DNA from: an uncultured Gammaproteobacteria bacterium
GTDB taxonomy: Bacteria > Pseudomonadota > Gammaproteobacteria > CAWCPV01
Reading direction: 5' to 3'
NCBI GenBank assembly: GCA_963797555.1
Contig: CAWCPV010000004.1
Span: forward strand, 416,001 to 480,000
DNA length: 64,000 nt
Shown here piece after piece: positions 31,850-49,898 of this stretch. Under the pieces are notes generated by a model. It was not told the DNA's origin, searched no databases, and saw nothing but the letters and a program-made list of their open reading frames with translations. Positions within the stretch are counted from its first letter, which is position 1. Every line of letters starts with the position of its first letter. The position numbers were made by a program, and so were the translations under genes.

Positions 31850-32509
31850 TCACCTGCTTGCATCCACCTGGCGTAACGGCTCCCAGCGGTTCACCACCTC
31901 GCAGAACAGCCTCGCCGTGCCTTGCGCGTCGTAGCGCGCCGAGTGCGCTTCCTGACTGTCCCAGTCGAGGCCGGCGGCGCGAGCCGCACGCGCGAGAACA
32001 GTCTGACCGAACGCCAGCGCGCCGAGCGTGGCCGTATCGAGCGTGCTGAAACCGTGGAACGGATTGTTGCGCACGCCTGCTCGGGCGACCGCCGCCTTGA
32101 GGAAGGCGAGATCGAACGAGGGGTTGTGTCCCACCAGGATGGCGCGGCTGCATGCCTGCCTGTCGATCTCCTGACGCAGGACTGCGAACAGGGTTTCGAG
32201 CGCCTCCTTCTCGGTCACGGCCAGGCGGAACGGGTGGTAGGGGTCTATCCCATTCACCGCCAGAGAGGCCGCTTCTAGCCTGGCGCCAGGAAAAGGCTTG
32301 ATGTGGAAGGCATGCATCGCGGCGGGATGCAGGTGGCCTCGTGCATCGAACTCCACGGTTACCGCCGCCAGCTCCAGCAGCGCGTCGGTGCCCGCATTGA
32401 AGCCCCCCGTCTCCACGTCCACGACGACCGGCAGCAGACCGCGGAAACGGCTGGCCAGCGCTGTTCTGGGGCGTGACTCCGGCGTCGCCTCGCGGGTCTG
32501 CGCGGGCAC
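31850..32509 (-). CDS. rnt: ribonuclease T
   Basis: RFRG.LPVVVDVETGG, ILVGHN..FDL, GQTVLA.A, AHSA.YD; GTG start just after the pyrC stop. Confidence 0.93.
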   Translation of the reverse strand: MPAQTREATPESRPRTALASRFRGLLPVVVDVETGGFNAGTDALLELAAVTVEFDARGHLHPAAMHAFHIKPFPGARLEAASLAVNGIDPYHPFRLAVTEKEALETLFAVLRQEIDRQACSRAILVGHNPSFDLAFLKAAVARAGVRNNPFHGFSTLDTATLGALAFGQTVLARAARAAGLDWDSQEAHSARYDAQGTARLFCEVVNRWEPLRQVDASR

Positions 32510-32510
32510 G

Positions 32511-33545
32511 TCAGGTCGCAAGCTGCCAGCGCAGTTCTGTACCGGCTGCGAGGGGCACCACGGCGTCGACGCCCAGTGCGAAGCGGCTCGGTACCTGCCA
32601 GGACTGCTTGGCAAGCGTGATGGTGCCGTCGTTCCGCGGCAGACCGTAGAAGGCCGCCCCGTGACGGCTGGCGAAGCCATCCATCCGGTCCAGCGCTCCC
32701 GCCTGCTCGAACACCTGGGCATATAGCTCGAGGGCCACCGGCGCCGAAAAGATCCCAGCGCAGCCGCATTCCGCCTGTTTCGCGGTCATCGGATGGGGGG
32801 CGCTGTCGGTGCCGAGGAAGAACTTCGGATGACCGCTGATCGCCGCGGCAAGGAGCGCTTGGCGGTGCGTCTCGCGCTTGAGCACCGGCAGGCAGTAGTG
32901 ATGAGGACGGATCCCGCCTGCCAGCATGGCGTTGCGGTTCATGAGCAGGTGGTGGGCGGTGATGGTGGCGGCCACATTATCCGGTGCCTCCCTCACGAAG
33001 TCTACCGCCTCCCGAGTGGTGACGTGTTCCAGCACGACGCGCAGGCCCGGCAGACGCCTCACTAGGGGTTGCAGCTCCCGTTCCAGGAACACCCGCTCTC
33101 GGTCGAAGATGTCCACCGCCGGGTCGGTGACCTCCCCGTGGACCAACAGAGGCACTCCGAGCCGTTCCATCGCCTCCATGACGGCACGAACTCGCCCCAA
33201 CCGGGTCACCCCCGCCTCGGAATGGGTAGTCGCTCCGGCGGGGTAGTACTTGACGCCCACGATGTGCCCGCTCTGCCGCGCGCGCGCCACTTCCTCCGGC
33301 GGGGTGCGATCGGTGAGGTAGAGAGTCATGAGGGGCTCGAACCGCAGCCCGCCCGGCAGCGCCGAAAGGATACGTCTACGGTATGCGAGCGCCTGTTCCG
33401 TCGTCTCTACAGGGGGCCGAAGGTTCGGCATTACCACCGCGCGCGCGAACTGCCGGGCGGTATGGGGGAGTGCGGAACGCAGCACATCGCCGTCGCGCAG
33501 GTGCAGGTGGCAGTCGTCCGGTCGGGTGAAGGTAATGCTGGGCAA
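32511..33545 (-). CDS. pyrC: dihydroorotase
   Basis: PDD.HLHLRDG, MPNL.PP, YPAGATT.S, FLGTDSAPH. Confidence 0.96.
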   Translation of the reverse strand: MPSITFTRPDDCHLHLRDGDVLRSALPHTARQFARAVVMPNLRPPVETTEQALAYRRRILSALPGGLRFEPLMTLYLTDRTPPEEVARARQSGHIVGVKYYPAGATTHSEAGVTRLGRVRAVMEAMERLGVPLLVHGEVTDPAVDIFDRERVFLERELQPLVRRLPGLRVVLEHVTTREAVDFVREAPDNVAATITAHHLLMNRNAMLAGGIRPHHYCLPVLKRETHRQALLAAAISGHPKFFLGTDSAPHPMTAKQAECGCAGIFSAPVALELYAQVFEQAGALDRMDGFASRHGAAFYGLPRNDGTITLAKQSWQVPSRFALGVDAVVPLAAGTELRWQLAT

Positions 33546-33595
33546 GGGAACTTCCCAGGAGAGCGAGCCTTTAATGTTGCTGTGAAGAAACGTTG

Positions 33596-33647
33596 GTTGC
33601 TATATAGCAACGATATATGTTGACAAATCAGCACAACGTAATATACT
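33596..33647 (+). promoter_or_regulatory. sigma70 promoter with an upstream 16-bp palindrome
   Basis: GTTGCTATATAGCAAC (33596-33611); TTGACA (33620)-N16-TATACT (33642); AT-rich island. Confidence 0.7.
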
Positions 33648-33680
33648 TATGCTATATGCGACAGACACAGGAGGTCTGCC

Positions 33681-33773
33681 ATGTTTGACATCTTTACCAT
33701 GAGCGGGATCGTGATCGCTGCAGTGGTAGGTGCCGTCGTGTGGCGCGCTTACCGTAAATGCAAGCAGTGCTGA
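33681..33773 (+). CDS. 30-aa membrane peptide with C-terminal CxxC
   Basis: CAGGAGG RBS; MFDIFTMSGIVIAAVVGAVVWRAYRKCKQC*; too short for the ORF track. Confidence 0.7.
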   Translation: MFDIFTMSGIVIAAVVGAVVWRAYRKCKQC

Positions 33774-33895
33774 GCGCGGACCGGACTGGCGCCTGAGTCG
33801 CACGAATGGAAGTCAGGACCGATAGCAACCTTGTCACTCCCCGTGCCGACCCCGGGCGCGGGCCCAATCCCGCGTGCGGGGGACCCACCGTCGTC

Positions 33896-35563
<1,668 letters not shown>

Positions 35564-35939
35564 TCATTCAAGCACAGCCCGGGAAGAGCCGTCAAAAGCG
35601 GCGAGGCAGGGCTGCGTCACCTCCCACGGCGCCGTTGTTGGGGCGCGCCGGGCGCCGCCCGCTGGAGACCGGACACGAAGCCTGGGAGAGAACGAGATCG
35701 AGATTCACGGAGTGGCGTGGCTGGCTGGGCGGCCGGCCACCTGTGCCGGAGCAACCTGCGGTAGATTGAGTCCCTTGCCGACGAATACGACGTAGGGGAC
35801 CTCCTTTTTCATCTTGCTCATGACCTTCGGGTCTTTCTCGATGTCGTACTCCCAGCTTACCGTATGTCTGCTCTGGGCCGCTCGCGCCAATCTCTGTTGC
35901 AGGCTCTCTCTCGTTGCAAGCTCTGAGATGAGCCAAGGG

Positions 35940-36452
35940 TCAGTCTGATGCATAGAAGGCGGCGACGTTCTCCAGTACCGCCTTGAGTTCCACCGCAGCC
36001 TTTTCCGCCGCCTTGTAGTGCTCGATATCCACCGACCGCGCCTCGTAGACGGGGTCGGTGAAGCCCAGGACTACGCGGCCTGGCTTGCCGGCCCGCGACG
36101 GCTCGCGAAACAGGGTGAAGCGGCAAGGGATGATGAGACTGACGTAAGGGTCCTCTTGAAGGGCCTGAGCCAAGTACTGGGATTTGCAGGCGAGGAGGAG
36201 CTTGTGCTGCAGAGCCAGGCCGTATTTCTTCATGCCCATATCTAGATGCTCGACCTCGATGACCTCCCAGTTCTGCCCTCCCAGCTCGGTCTTTAGCCGT
36301 TCCAGGACGTTGTAGATGTCCACCTTGGGCGGGAGGTAGCTCACATAAGCGTGCCCGTGGCTGAGCACCTTGGCGTCGCTGTGAGTACACGGCAAGGCCG
36401 AAAGTGTTAGCAAGAGGCCGAGGGAAAGCAGGATGCGGGGCGTTGTGCGCAA
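35940..36452 (-). CDS. DUF302-domain exported protein
   Basis: Signal peptide; LLLAC...A.....P...IIPCRFTLF pattern. Confidence 0.7.
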   Translation of the reverse strand: MRTTPRILLSLGLLLTLSALPCTHSDAKVLSHGHAYVSYLPPKVDIYNVLERLKTELGGQNWEVIEVEHLDMGMKKYGLALQHKLLLACKSQYLAQALQEDPYVSLIIPCRFTLFREPSRAGKPGRVVLGFTDPVYEARSVDIEHYKAAEKAAVELKAVLENVAAFYASD

Positions 36453-36569
36453 CGTAAATCCTCTGCCAGCCGCAGTAGCGCCAGAGTATCTGGCACCGCA
36501 GTGCGGGCTGTCAACGCGGCGGGCGGCCCGCGAAATGGCGCCGGCAGCGCCAGTCCTCGCGTCGAGCCC

Positions 36570-40242
<3,673 letters not shown>

Positions 40243-40354
40243 GGAGTACGCGTTGGCTCAGAGCGTGTGCAGAAATCGTCGCGAGCGGCCCGAGAGCGAG
40301 GCGCACGCAGCGTGGCGGCGAGACTTATCCAGCAGATAGGCCAGGAGTGACCTG

Positions 40355-40577
40355 ATGGCAGGACGACCATTCGGCACGTCCGCGAGACGCCCCGAAGGGG
40401 TGGCGTACAGGGAGGTACGCCATGACCGAATGGCAGGACAGCCATTCGGCACGTCCGCGAGACGCCCCGAAGGGGTGGCGTACAGGGAGGTACGCCATGA
40501 CCGAATGGCAGGACAGCCATTCGGCACGTCCGCGAGACGCCCCGAAGGGGTGGCGTACAGGGAGGTACGCCATGACC
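40355..40577. repeat. 3 x 75-bp tandem palindromic repeat
   Basis: Units start at 40355, 40430 and 40505. Each carries CCCC-GAA-GGGG and GGCGTAC-AGGGAG-GTACGCC hairpins; no unique spacers. Confidence 0.9.
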
Positions 40578-40682
40578 ACCGCGCGATGCGACGCGCAGCA
40601 GATTTTCGGGTGAAAGGCGGGCCGGGCGGCGTCTCGATGCGCGATTGCAGTTTCAAGTCGAAACCCCGAGAATATGCCCTGA

Positions 40683-44532
<3,850 letters not shown>

Positions 44533-44543
44533 CTTGAGCCGCA

Positions 44544-44837
44544 GTGAAGCTGCTGGTCACGGTCCTGCTGATACTGCTGGCGCTGTTGCAGTATCGGCTA
44601 TGGGTGGGCGACGGCGGCGTCGCCAAGGTGTGGCGCCTCCACAAGGCGACACAGGCGCAGCAGTCCGACAACGCGACCCTGGTTGAGCGCAACCGGGCGC
44701 TGGAGGCGGAAGTGCGCGACCTCAGGCAGGGGCTCGCGGCGGTGGAGGAGCGGGCGCGCACGGACCTGGGGATGATCAAAGAGGGCGAGACCTTCTTCCA
44801 GGTCATCGAGCCTCCCGGCTCGCCTGTGCAGCGCTAG
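44544..44837 (+). CDS. ftsB: cell division protein FtsB
   Basis: LQYRLW.G.GG, EERAR.DLGMIKEGETF. Confidence 0.93.
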   Translation: MKLLVTVLLILLALLQYRLWVGDGGVAKVWRLHKATQAQQSDNATLVERNRALEAEVRDLRQGLAAVEERARTDLGMIKEGETFFQVIEPPGSPVQR

Positions 44838-44889
44838 TGTCATGTCGTAGGAATCGTTGCACGCCCGCGCGGGCCACGATCCCCTGTTT

Positions 44890-44970
44890 CGTCATTCCCT
44901 CGCGCTGGGAGCCCGAAGGCTTCTCTGGATTTCGGGTATCCGGCGCTGCGCGCACCCGTCCGCAATGACG
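44890..44970. repeat. degenerate CGTCATT...AATGACG palindromic element between ftsB and ispD
   Basis: Terminal inverted CGTCATT/AATGACG with internal CTGGATT; a similar element lies at 59786. Confidence 0.45.
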
Positions 44971-45026
44971 GGACGAGACCGGCAGGGCCTTTTCCAGCCG
45001 CCAGCCCGAAGCGCGCGGCGTCCGGC

Positions 45027-45740
45027 ATGACCTCGTCCGAGCCCGTCCGCCACTGGGCGGTGATCCCCGCCGGCGGGAGCGGCCGCCGCATGGCGGGTAC
45101 GCTGCCCAAGCAGTACCTGCCGCTGGCCGGGCGGTCCGTGATCGAGCACGCCGTGGAGCGGCTCGGCAACCACCCGCGCATCTCGGGCGTCGTGGTCGCC
45201 GTCAGTGGGGGGGGTGCGCACTGGTCCTCCCTGCGCCCGGCCGCGCGGGCGCCGATCCTCACGGCTCCTGCTGGAGAAGAGCGCTGCCACTCGGTGCTGA
45301 ACGCTCTGCGGCGCTTGCGGGAGATGGCATCGCCCCAGGACTGGGTGTTGGTGCACGATGCCGTCCGGCCGTGCGTGCGCCGCGAGGACCTCGACCGGCT
45401 GATGCGGGAGGTGGCGGAGGACGAGGTCGGCGGGCTGCTCGCCCTTCCGGTGACCGATACCCTGAAGCGGGCCGACCCGCAGGGCCGGGTCCTGGAGACG
45501 GTGGACCGCGCCGGGCTCTGGCGGGCCGCGACGCCCCAGATGTTCCGCCTGGATGCGCTCTCGCAAGCGCTGCAGCGGGCCATCGACGAGGGCGTGACGG
45601 TGACCGACGAGGCGGCGGCCATGGAGCGCACGGGCCTGCGGCCGAGGCTCGTTCCCGGACACGGCGACAACATCAAGATCACCTACCCCCAGGACCTCGC
45701 CCTGGCGGAGCTGTTCCTGAGACAGCAGGCGGCGGAATGA
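45027..45740 (+). CDS. ispD: 2-C-methyl-D-erythritol 4-phosphate cytidylyltransferase
   Basis: PAGGSGRRM...[28 protein letters not shown]. Confidence 0.95.
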   Translation: MTSSEPVRHWAVIPAGGSGRRMAGTLPKQYLPLAGRSVIEHAVERLGNHPRISGVVVAVSGGGAHWSSLRPAARAPILTAPAGEERCHSVLNALRRLREMASPQDWVLVHDAVRPCVRREDLDRLMREVAEDEVGGLLALPVTDTLKRADPQGRVLETVDRAGLWRAATPQMFRLDALSQALQRAIDEGVTVTDEAAAMERTGLRPRLVPGHGDNIKITYPQDLALAELFLRQQAAE

Positions 45741-46228
45741 GGATCGGGCACGGATACGACGTGCACCGCTTCGGCTCGGACAAGCCTCTGGTGCTGGGCG
45801 GCGTGACCATTCCCTACGACCAAGGGCTCGTGGCCCACTCCGACGGCAACGTCATCATCCACGCCCTGTGCGACGCCTTGCTCGGCGCTGCCGCCCTGGG
45901 CGACATCGGCCGCCATTTCCCGGACTCGGACCCGGCCTGGCGCGGCATCGACAGCCGGGCGCTGCTCCGCCGCGTCGTCGCGCTGGTAGGTGAACGCGGG
46001 CTGAGACCGGGAAACGCCGACCTCACGGTGGTCGCCGAGGCGCCGAAGCTCGCGCCCCACGTGCCGCAGATGATCGAGTGCCTGGCGAAGGACCTCGGCC
46101 TGGCGCCGGATCGCGTCAACCTCAAGGCGACCACCACCGAGGGGCTCGGCTTCGCCGGTCGTCGGGAGGGAATAGCGGCCCATGCGGTGGTGCTGCTGGA
46201 GGAGTCCGTGGATCACGGTCCTGCCTGA
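45737..46228 (+). CDS. ispF: 2-C-methyl-D-erythritol 2,4-cyclodiphosphate synthase
   Basis: [39 protein letters not shown]. Confidence 0.96.
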   Translation: MRIGHGYDVHRFGSDKPLVLGGVTIPYDQGLVAHSDGNVIIHALCDALLGAAALGDIGRHFPDSDPAWRGIDSRALLRRVVALVGERGLRPGNADLTVVAEAPKLAPHVPQMIECLAKDLGLAPDRVNLKATTTEGLGFAGRREGIAAHAVVLLEESVDHGPA

Positions 46229-46329
46229 GATGGCCGACTGGCAAGCCGGGACGTGCAACGTGGCCTGGAAGTCCGCGACGAGATCCGTAAGGCGGAACCC
46301 CTATTTTCTTTATAAATGGAGTCTGACCC

Positions 46330-47833
46330 TAATGGCACTTACTTAACCTTTTTCGGATGTCCGTTCTCGCGGATTTCTTCCCGTACGAGCTGTCTTGGCT
46401 TGCAGAGCAGCGGAAACGGTTTGGGTCGGCGTTGACCGCTCTTGGCTCGACGCGCCGGGGGCGTTTCCCGACCCGCTGCTCGGCGATCATCACGAGTAAG
46501 GCAGACAGAGTGACGGGGTCCTGCGCCCCGCCACGTTGCTGCCACACTGTCCAGATCTGGACGGTATGCTTGAAGCTGAGCTGGCGCGGGGTCTGATCGG
46601 CCAGCCAGGCGGCCTGGGCCATCAGCAACCGGATCAGATTGTAGGCCAGCAGATGAACCCAGACCTCTTTGATCGCCATCTCCGGGGTCTTGCAGCTCAG
46701 CATCTCCATGCCGAGCGTGGTCTTGATGTGGCGTAAGTCCAGCTCCACGTGCCAGCGCCGGCGATACAGCGTCTTGAGGGCGGGCTTCGGAGTGTGCCTG
46801 GGGCAGCAGAGCGTGGTGACCAGGGTCTTGCCGCCGGTGTGCAGCTCGCGCACCTGCAAGGTTTCGGGGGCTTGCGCGTAGTCGGCCTGGCGCATCCAGT
46901 CGGGCTTCTTGGGCCTGTGCAGCACGATGAGGTGGTCGCGCTCGCCGAGCTTCTCGCCCACAGAGAAGTCGATGCTGCGTCGCCGTGCCCCGTACTGTTC
47001 GAATACTCCGTCCACGCCCCGTTGCACCAGCTCGGAGAGCAGGAAATAGGTCGCGTAGAAGGCATCCCCCAAGAGGATGTCACCGGGGCGCAGGGTATCG
47101 AGCTGGGAGCGCAGCAGAGTCTGTTCATCGCTTCCCTTGCCTTGGCACGGGCCCGTGGCCACATCGAGCAACCCGCCACTGCCCAGGCACAGCAAAGCGA
47201 CCAGGCGGCACTGGGGAAAACCCAGGCCCGCCTTCTGGCTGGCCGGTTGCGGATAGGCCGCTTGATTCTCCGGTGTATCCGGCAGCACCACCGTCGCCCC
47301 ATCGACCAGACGCACCGGGCGACCCTGCCAGTGCCACATCGCCGGGGCACCCTCGGCGATCAGCCGCCCGGTGTGGCGGCACAGCCGCGTGACCATCTGA
47401 AGCGGCAGGCGCTGTCGTGCCTTGCAGTACGCCCCGGTGTGGGTACTGCATCGCGGCAGGCCGCCCACCAGGCGCTTGACCGCCGCATCATTCACCGCTT
47501 GCTGGCAGGAGCGGTCCGCCGAGAGCGTCTGCGCAAGAAACATCGACAGCGTCTCGGTGGGTGCAAACAGCCGCTCACGGTGCTCCGGCAGCAGCGACTC
47601 GACTTGCTCGAACAAGCGCGGGCCGGTGAGCAGGTTGAAAAACGCGTAGGAATCCGTGTTGGCAGCCTGATGACGAACCCGTCGCTGTTGCTGAACGCAG
47701 GCGCAGTGGCTAGGATGCATGAGGGCTGGCTCCCTGGGTGATGGACGTTGTGTTTGGCGACTCAACAGCCTATCACCTACGCCAGCCCTTCTGCATGCAA
47801 ATTCAGTCAGTTGCGCTTAAGTAAGTGCCATTC
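46330..47833 (-). mobile_element. IS4-family insertion sequence with 11-bp TSD
   Basis: Terminal IRs AATGGCACTTACTTAA (46331-46346) and TTAAGTAAGTGCCATT (47817-47832); direct repeat GAGTCTGACCC at 46319-46329 and 47834-47844. Confidence 0.95.
46339..47720 (-). CDS. IS4-family DDE transposase (one frameshift near 46430)
   Basis: RERLF.P..TL.MFL, LVDG....PDT..NQ..YP, DAFY, Y..RW.VEL..R.IK; the C-terminus RRPKPFPLL...KKVK* is in another frame. Confidence 0.9.
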
Positions 47834-47974
47834 GAGTCTGACCCCATTCGGTCTGCCAACAGGCTCGGTCTGCCCAAACGCGCCAAATAGGGGGAAAACC
47901 GGGGAAAACCCCTCCTGGGGCCAAGCCCATAGTACATTTAATGCGCCCATAAATTTATTTGATCGACAACGCCG

Positions 47975-48319
47975 GTGCGAGAGACACACAATTCTCTGAT
48001 CATCGGGAATTATTTGTCTTCAGTGATTCTGTGTCGTTCTGTATTGGAGTATTGCTTGGCACAACAAGGACGAAAACATGGCATTAACGTTTTCCGGGTG
48101 AGTGGAGAGCTAAAGAAGCTGGGGGAGCTGGTCAATGAATATTCCGAAAGATTCGCTGAGCAGGAGGTTGATCTCAGGGGGATCAAGCGTCTTGGTGATG
48201 ACAGCGTTCATGTCAACGTGTACCAGAACAATGTCATTTCTTGGCCCAAGGTCGGCTTTGGCCATGCATTCAAGTCATGGGATGCTTTGAGGAAGTTGTT
48301 GGAGTGGCTGTATGGGTGA
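47975..48319 (+). CDS. DUF4145/HEPN-like domain protein (possibly 5'-truncated)
   Basis: GNYLSSVILCRSVLE...L.ELVN...IKRLGDDSVH pattern; low GC. Confidence 0.55.
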   Translation: MRETHNSLIIGNYLSSVILCRSVLEYCLAQQGRKHGINVFRVSGELKKLGELVNEYSERFAEQEVDLRGIKRLGDDSVHVNVYQNNVISWPKVGFGHAFKSWDALRKLLEWLYG

Positions 48320-48451
48320 CATTCGCAGCGGGCGAGCCCGGCAAGTGAAATCAACGTCAGAGGGTAGGTGGCGTGTGCGTGGGGGAGGCGTAGGTGCTTG
48401 ACTGGTGGCTGCTGGGTTGGAGGCTTGAGCGTACACGCCTACATGGCGGAG

Positions 48452-48844
48452 TTAGGTTTGGCTGGCAGCATTGAGAATGCCTTCAAGACGCTCTTTCAAC
48501 AACTGAGGGCCGTTGGCAGGCAGACAGTACATTACACACCAGTCTGGGCATTCCTCGTCGCCGCCGTGGTAAGCCTGCCATGCCTTGTTGAAGCGCAAGC
48601 GGTCAATGTTGCGGAGGTAACGCCGAAACTCGACTGCGGCGGCGCGATGCCTGGGAAAGACTTGAATTAAGGCAGCGTGCAGTTGGTGGCCCCGAAGGTC
48701 GCCGAAAACGGAAGGGTCGATGGCAGCGCGAAAGGTGGCGGCTGCGGCGCGCTTGGTGTTGAGGCGGTGAACGTACAGCAAAGCCAAGATGCCAAGAAAC
48801 CCAGTCAGCAGCGTAGCGGCCCAAGTGGGGATGAGGTCGTTCAT
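48452..48844 (-). CDS. hypothetical membrane-anchored protein (possible integron-type cassette gene)
   Basis: N-terminal TM segment; stop lies inside ACCTAAC; GTTAGAT about 78 bp upstream; lower GC. Confidence 0.65.
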   Translation of the reverse strand: MNDLIPTWAATLLTGFLGILALLYVHRLNTKRAAAATFRAAIDPSVFGDLRGHQLHAALIQVFPRHRAAAVEFRRYLRNIDRLRFNKAWQAYHGGDEECPDWCVMYCLPANGPQLLKERLEGILNAASQT

Positions 48845-48923
48845 TTTGATTGGTGGGCGCTACTTGGGGCTATGGTGCCGATTTGGCTATTTGTTGCGGA
48901 CGGGATGTTGGCTCGAACCAAAT

Positions 48924-49406
48924 CTAACAGGAAATGGCGGGCCGGTACAACGCTGCCGACGGCTCAGACGGTGTACGAGCCTCGTTAGAGGGCACAAGGC
49001 AAGACCTGACCCGGGCTCTCCGACTACAGCGCTGGACCGCTTCCGCGCTGTCGTCAGGCCGGGAGTTGAAGCAGATCCTGGCTTGCGGCGCGTGTTCGTG
49101 GACGATGTTGATCAGCTTCTCGAAGAGCAGGAAGTTCTTGGGGATTGCTCTCACCCCGGCCCCGATCAGGACACAGTCGTAGCGATTCTGCTTCAACCGA
49201 TCCGTAACGGTGGCTGCCGCGGATACGGGATCGGTATCAGTGAGGCATAGCTCCGCCTCGAATCCGAGCGCGTTGAGCTTGGCCACATCCTGATCCAATC
49301 CCTCCTGCAACTTTTTCGCACCCAGATGGGCGATGTAAGCGTTGGCCGGGTCGGAAAAGTCGATTTTGGTGGGATCCATTCCCACGATGACAACCTTCTT
49401 CGTCAT
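48924..49406 (-). CDS. conserved hypothetical protein, copy 1 (lost its native stop; extended C-terminus)
   Basis: AAAGGAGAG RBS, MTKKVVIVGMDP...DCVLIGAGVR...FEKLINIVHEHAPQARICFN; near-identical to 49929-50315. Confidence 0.8.
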   Translation of the reverse strand: MTKKVVIVGMDPTKIDFSDPANAYIAHLGAKKLQEGLDQDVAKLNALGFEAELCLTDTDPVSAAATVTDRLKQNRYDCVLIGAGVRAIPKNFLLFEKLINIVHEHAPQARICFNSRPDDSAEAVQRCSRRARVRSCLVPSNEARTPSEPSAALYRPAISC

Positions 49407-49898
49407 AAGCACTCTCCTTTGGTGGCCTGAGACCGCGACATCGCAAGCGGTCTCCGCTCGCTTAACATTATGAGTAGACCGTGCCCTGGCCGCCGGACCC
49501 TCCGGTTCGTTTCCGAGCGAGCGATGTGCTTGGACGAACAGGCGGTTGCCTGACACCGGAGCACTGAGGAGGCTTGGCACAGTGGGCATCCCTTCCGGGG
49601 ATAGGTGGACATCGTCCGTCTATCCTCGCACGGGTCCGCGGCGAGTTCGTTCCGCTCAAGACGCGGCTCCCCCGCGGCCAGATGTCCTCGACCGCGCCTG
49701 GGTCCTCTGCGATGGCCCCCCATGTGCCTCCCGGTGGTCTGGTCCGCCACCTTTTTGCCGCCTCCCTCTGGGCGGACCGGCTTGCCCGTCCAACCTGCCG
49801 GAGGGAACGCCTTGCACTTTATAGCGAGAGTCTGACGAGCGCGCACCGGGCTATCAAGCCGGGCGGGAGGAGAGCGGGGTCAGGTCTTGCCTTGTGCC
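48991..49898. repeat. inverted repeat pair bracketing duplicated copy 1
   Basis: GGCACAAGGCAAGACCTGACCC (48991-49012) and GGGTCAGGTCTTGCCTTGTGCC (49877-49898), a perfect 22-bp IR that extends inward via GCTCTCC/GGAGAGC. Confidence 0.85.

Noticed and set aside
35705-35953. 82-aa ORF between pgm and the DUF302 gene
   Set aside because: The middle part looks coding-like (WEYDIEKDPKVM..) but there is no RBS or recognisable family; possibly a gene remnant, not supportable.
40355-40577. CRISPR array
   Set aside because: Units are contiguous and near-identical, with no unique spacers and no cas genes.
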